Source: Mobula hypostoma (lineage: Eukaryota). From it: a stretch of DNA of 64,000 nt. The translations under genes were made by a program, and so were the position numbers. The notes under the pieces are model-generated. The model did no database searches and was not told where the DNA came from. It saw only the letters and a program-made list of their open reading frames with translations. Of the stretch, positions 62,000 through 64,000 are shown piece by piece. Where the stretch lies: assembly GCF_963921235.1 (NCBI RefSeq), contig NC_086104.1, positions 153,078,001 to 153,142,000 of the forward strand. The letters are read 5' to 3'. Positions within the stretch are counted from its first letter, which is position 1. Every line of letters starts with the position of its first letter.

Positions 62000-64000
62000 A
62001 GACCATAAGATATAGGAGCAGAGTTAGGTCATTTGGTCCATTGAGTCTGTTCCACCAATCCATCATGGCTGATCTATTTTCCCTCTCAACCCCAGACTTC
62101 TGCCTTCTCCCCATATCTCTTCATGCTCTGACTAATCAAGAATCTGTCAACCTCTGTCTTGATGACTTGGTCTCCACAGCCACCTGTGGCAACAAATTCC
62201 ATAGATTCACCACTCTGGCTAAAGAAATTCCTCCTCATCTCCTTTCTAAAAGGATACCCCTCTAATCTGAGGCTGTGTCCTCTGGTCTTAGATTCCCCCT
62301 CCATAGGAAATATACTCTCCACATCCATTCTATCAAAGCATTTCAATATTAGATAGAAATATAGGAAACCTACAGCACAATACAGGCCCTTCGGCCCACA
62401 GATTTGTGCCAAACATGTCCCTACCTTAGAATTTCTAGGCTTACCTATAGCCCTCTATTTTACTAAGCTCCATGTACCTATCTAAAAGTCTCTTAAAAGA
62501 CCCTATAGTATCTGCCTCCACCACCGTTGCCAGCAGCCCATTCCACACACTCACCACTCTCTGAGTAAAAAACTTAACCCTGATATCTCCTCTGTACCTA
62601 CTCCCCAGCACCTTAAACCTGTGTCCTCCTGTGGTAACCATTTCAGCCCTGGGAAAAAGCCTCTGACTATCCACACGATCAGTGCCTCTCATCATCTTAT
62701 ACACCTCTATCAGGTCACCTCTCATCCTCCGTCGCTCCAGGGAGAAAAGGCCGAGTTCATTCAACCTATTCTCATAAGGCATGCTCCCCAATCCAGGCAA
62801 CATCCTTGTAAATCTCCTCTGCACCCTTTCTATGGTTTCCACATCCTTCCTGTAGTGAGGCGACCAGAACTGAGCACAGTACTCCAAGTGTGGTCTGACC
62901 AGGGTCCTATATAGCTGCAACATTACCTCTCGGCTCCTAAATTCAATTCCACGATTGATGAAGGCCAATGCACCATACGCCTTCTTAACCACAGAGTCAA
63001 CCCGCGCAGCTGCTTTGAGCGTCCTGTGGACTCAGATCCCACGATCCCTCTGATCCTCCACACTGCCAAGAGTCTTACCATTAATACTATATTCTGCCAT
63101 CATATTTGACCTACCAAAATGAACCACCTCACACTCCATCTGCCACTTCTCAGCCCAGTTTTGCATCCTATCAATGTCCCGCTGTAACCTCTGACAGCCC
63201 TCCACACTATCCACAACACCTCCAACCTTTGTGTCATCAGCAAACTTATTAACCCATCCCTCGACTTCCTCATCCAGGTCATTTATAAAAATCACGAAGG
63301 ATAAGGGTCCCAGAACAGATCCCTGAGGCACTCCGCTGGTGACCAACCTCCATGCAGAATATGACCCATCTACAACCACTCTTTGCCTTCTGTGGGCAAG
63401 CCAGTTCTGGATCCACAAAGCAATGTCCCCTTGGATCCCATGCTGCCTTACTTTCTCAATAAGCCTTACATGGGGTACCTTATCAAATGCCTCGCTGAAA
63501 TCCATATACACTACATCTACTGCTCTTCCTTCATCAATGCGTTTAGTCACATCCTCAAAAAATTCAGTTGGGCTCGTAAGTGGTGGATATGTGGAATGCT
63601 GTGCCCCAGAAGGCAGTGGAGGCCAAGTCTCTGGATGCTTTCAAGAAAGAGATGGATAGAGCTCTTAACGATAGCGGAATCAAAGGTTATGGGGATAAGG
63701 CAGGAACTGGATATTGATTGTGGATGATCAGCCATGATCACAGTGAATGGTGATGCTGGCTCAAAGGGCCGAATGGCCTACTCCTGCACCTATTGTCTAT
63801 TGTAAGGCGTGACCTGTCCTTGCCAAAGCCATGCTGACTACTCCTAATCATATTATACCTCTCCAAGTGTTCATAAATCTTGCCTGTCAGGATCTTCAAC
63901 AACTTACCAACCACTGAGGTAAGACTCACTGGTCTATAATTTCCTGGGCTACCTCTACTCCCTTTCTTGATTAAAGGAACAACATCCGCAACCCTCCAAT
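62000..64000 (-). mobile_element. CR1 cluster: 3' fragment 62000-62352; relatively intact RT copy 62353-64000, interrupted by a plus-strand CR1 3' piece (about 63577-63802)
   Basis: MDFSEAFDKVPH, SGVPQGSVLGP, KFADDTK, LVRPHLEYCAQFWSP, FFTQRVV. Confidence 0.9.

Overview
This is eukaryotic vertebrate genomic DNA, dense in transposons. The repeat families (CR1, Rex/Babar, Penelope, V-SINE, Tc1, HERO) and the IL-1 sequence point to a cartilaginous fish, probably a ray (inference). The window holds the conserved CKAP2L-IL1B locus. (1) The first four coding exons of CKAP2L lie on the minus strand (ATG at 10863, gene runs off the left edge), with a CDE/CHR cell-cycle promoter and a 10 x 39-bp coding minisatellite. 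(2) A tandem interleukin-1beta cluster follows on the minus strand: two intact 6-exon genes (copy A CDS 19254-23533, 290 aa; copy B CDS 38561-42758, 299 aa), a deleted pseudogene between them (about 30313-35165), and a fourth IL-1beta 3' remnant inside CKAP2L intron 2 (about 5161-5427). The two intact paralogs differ in start codon (reciprocal ACG/ATG vs ATG/ATT), AU-rich element load, a candidate caspase Asp and a kB-like promoter segment, yet are almost identical around exon 4. The rest is mostly nested retroelement and DNA-transposon debris, including Penelope-derived hairpins with minimal hammerhead-ribozyme cores. Exon boundaries were read by eye from GT/AG and phase consistency; repeat boundaries are approximate.
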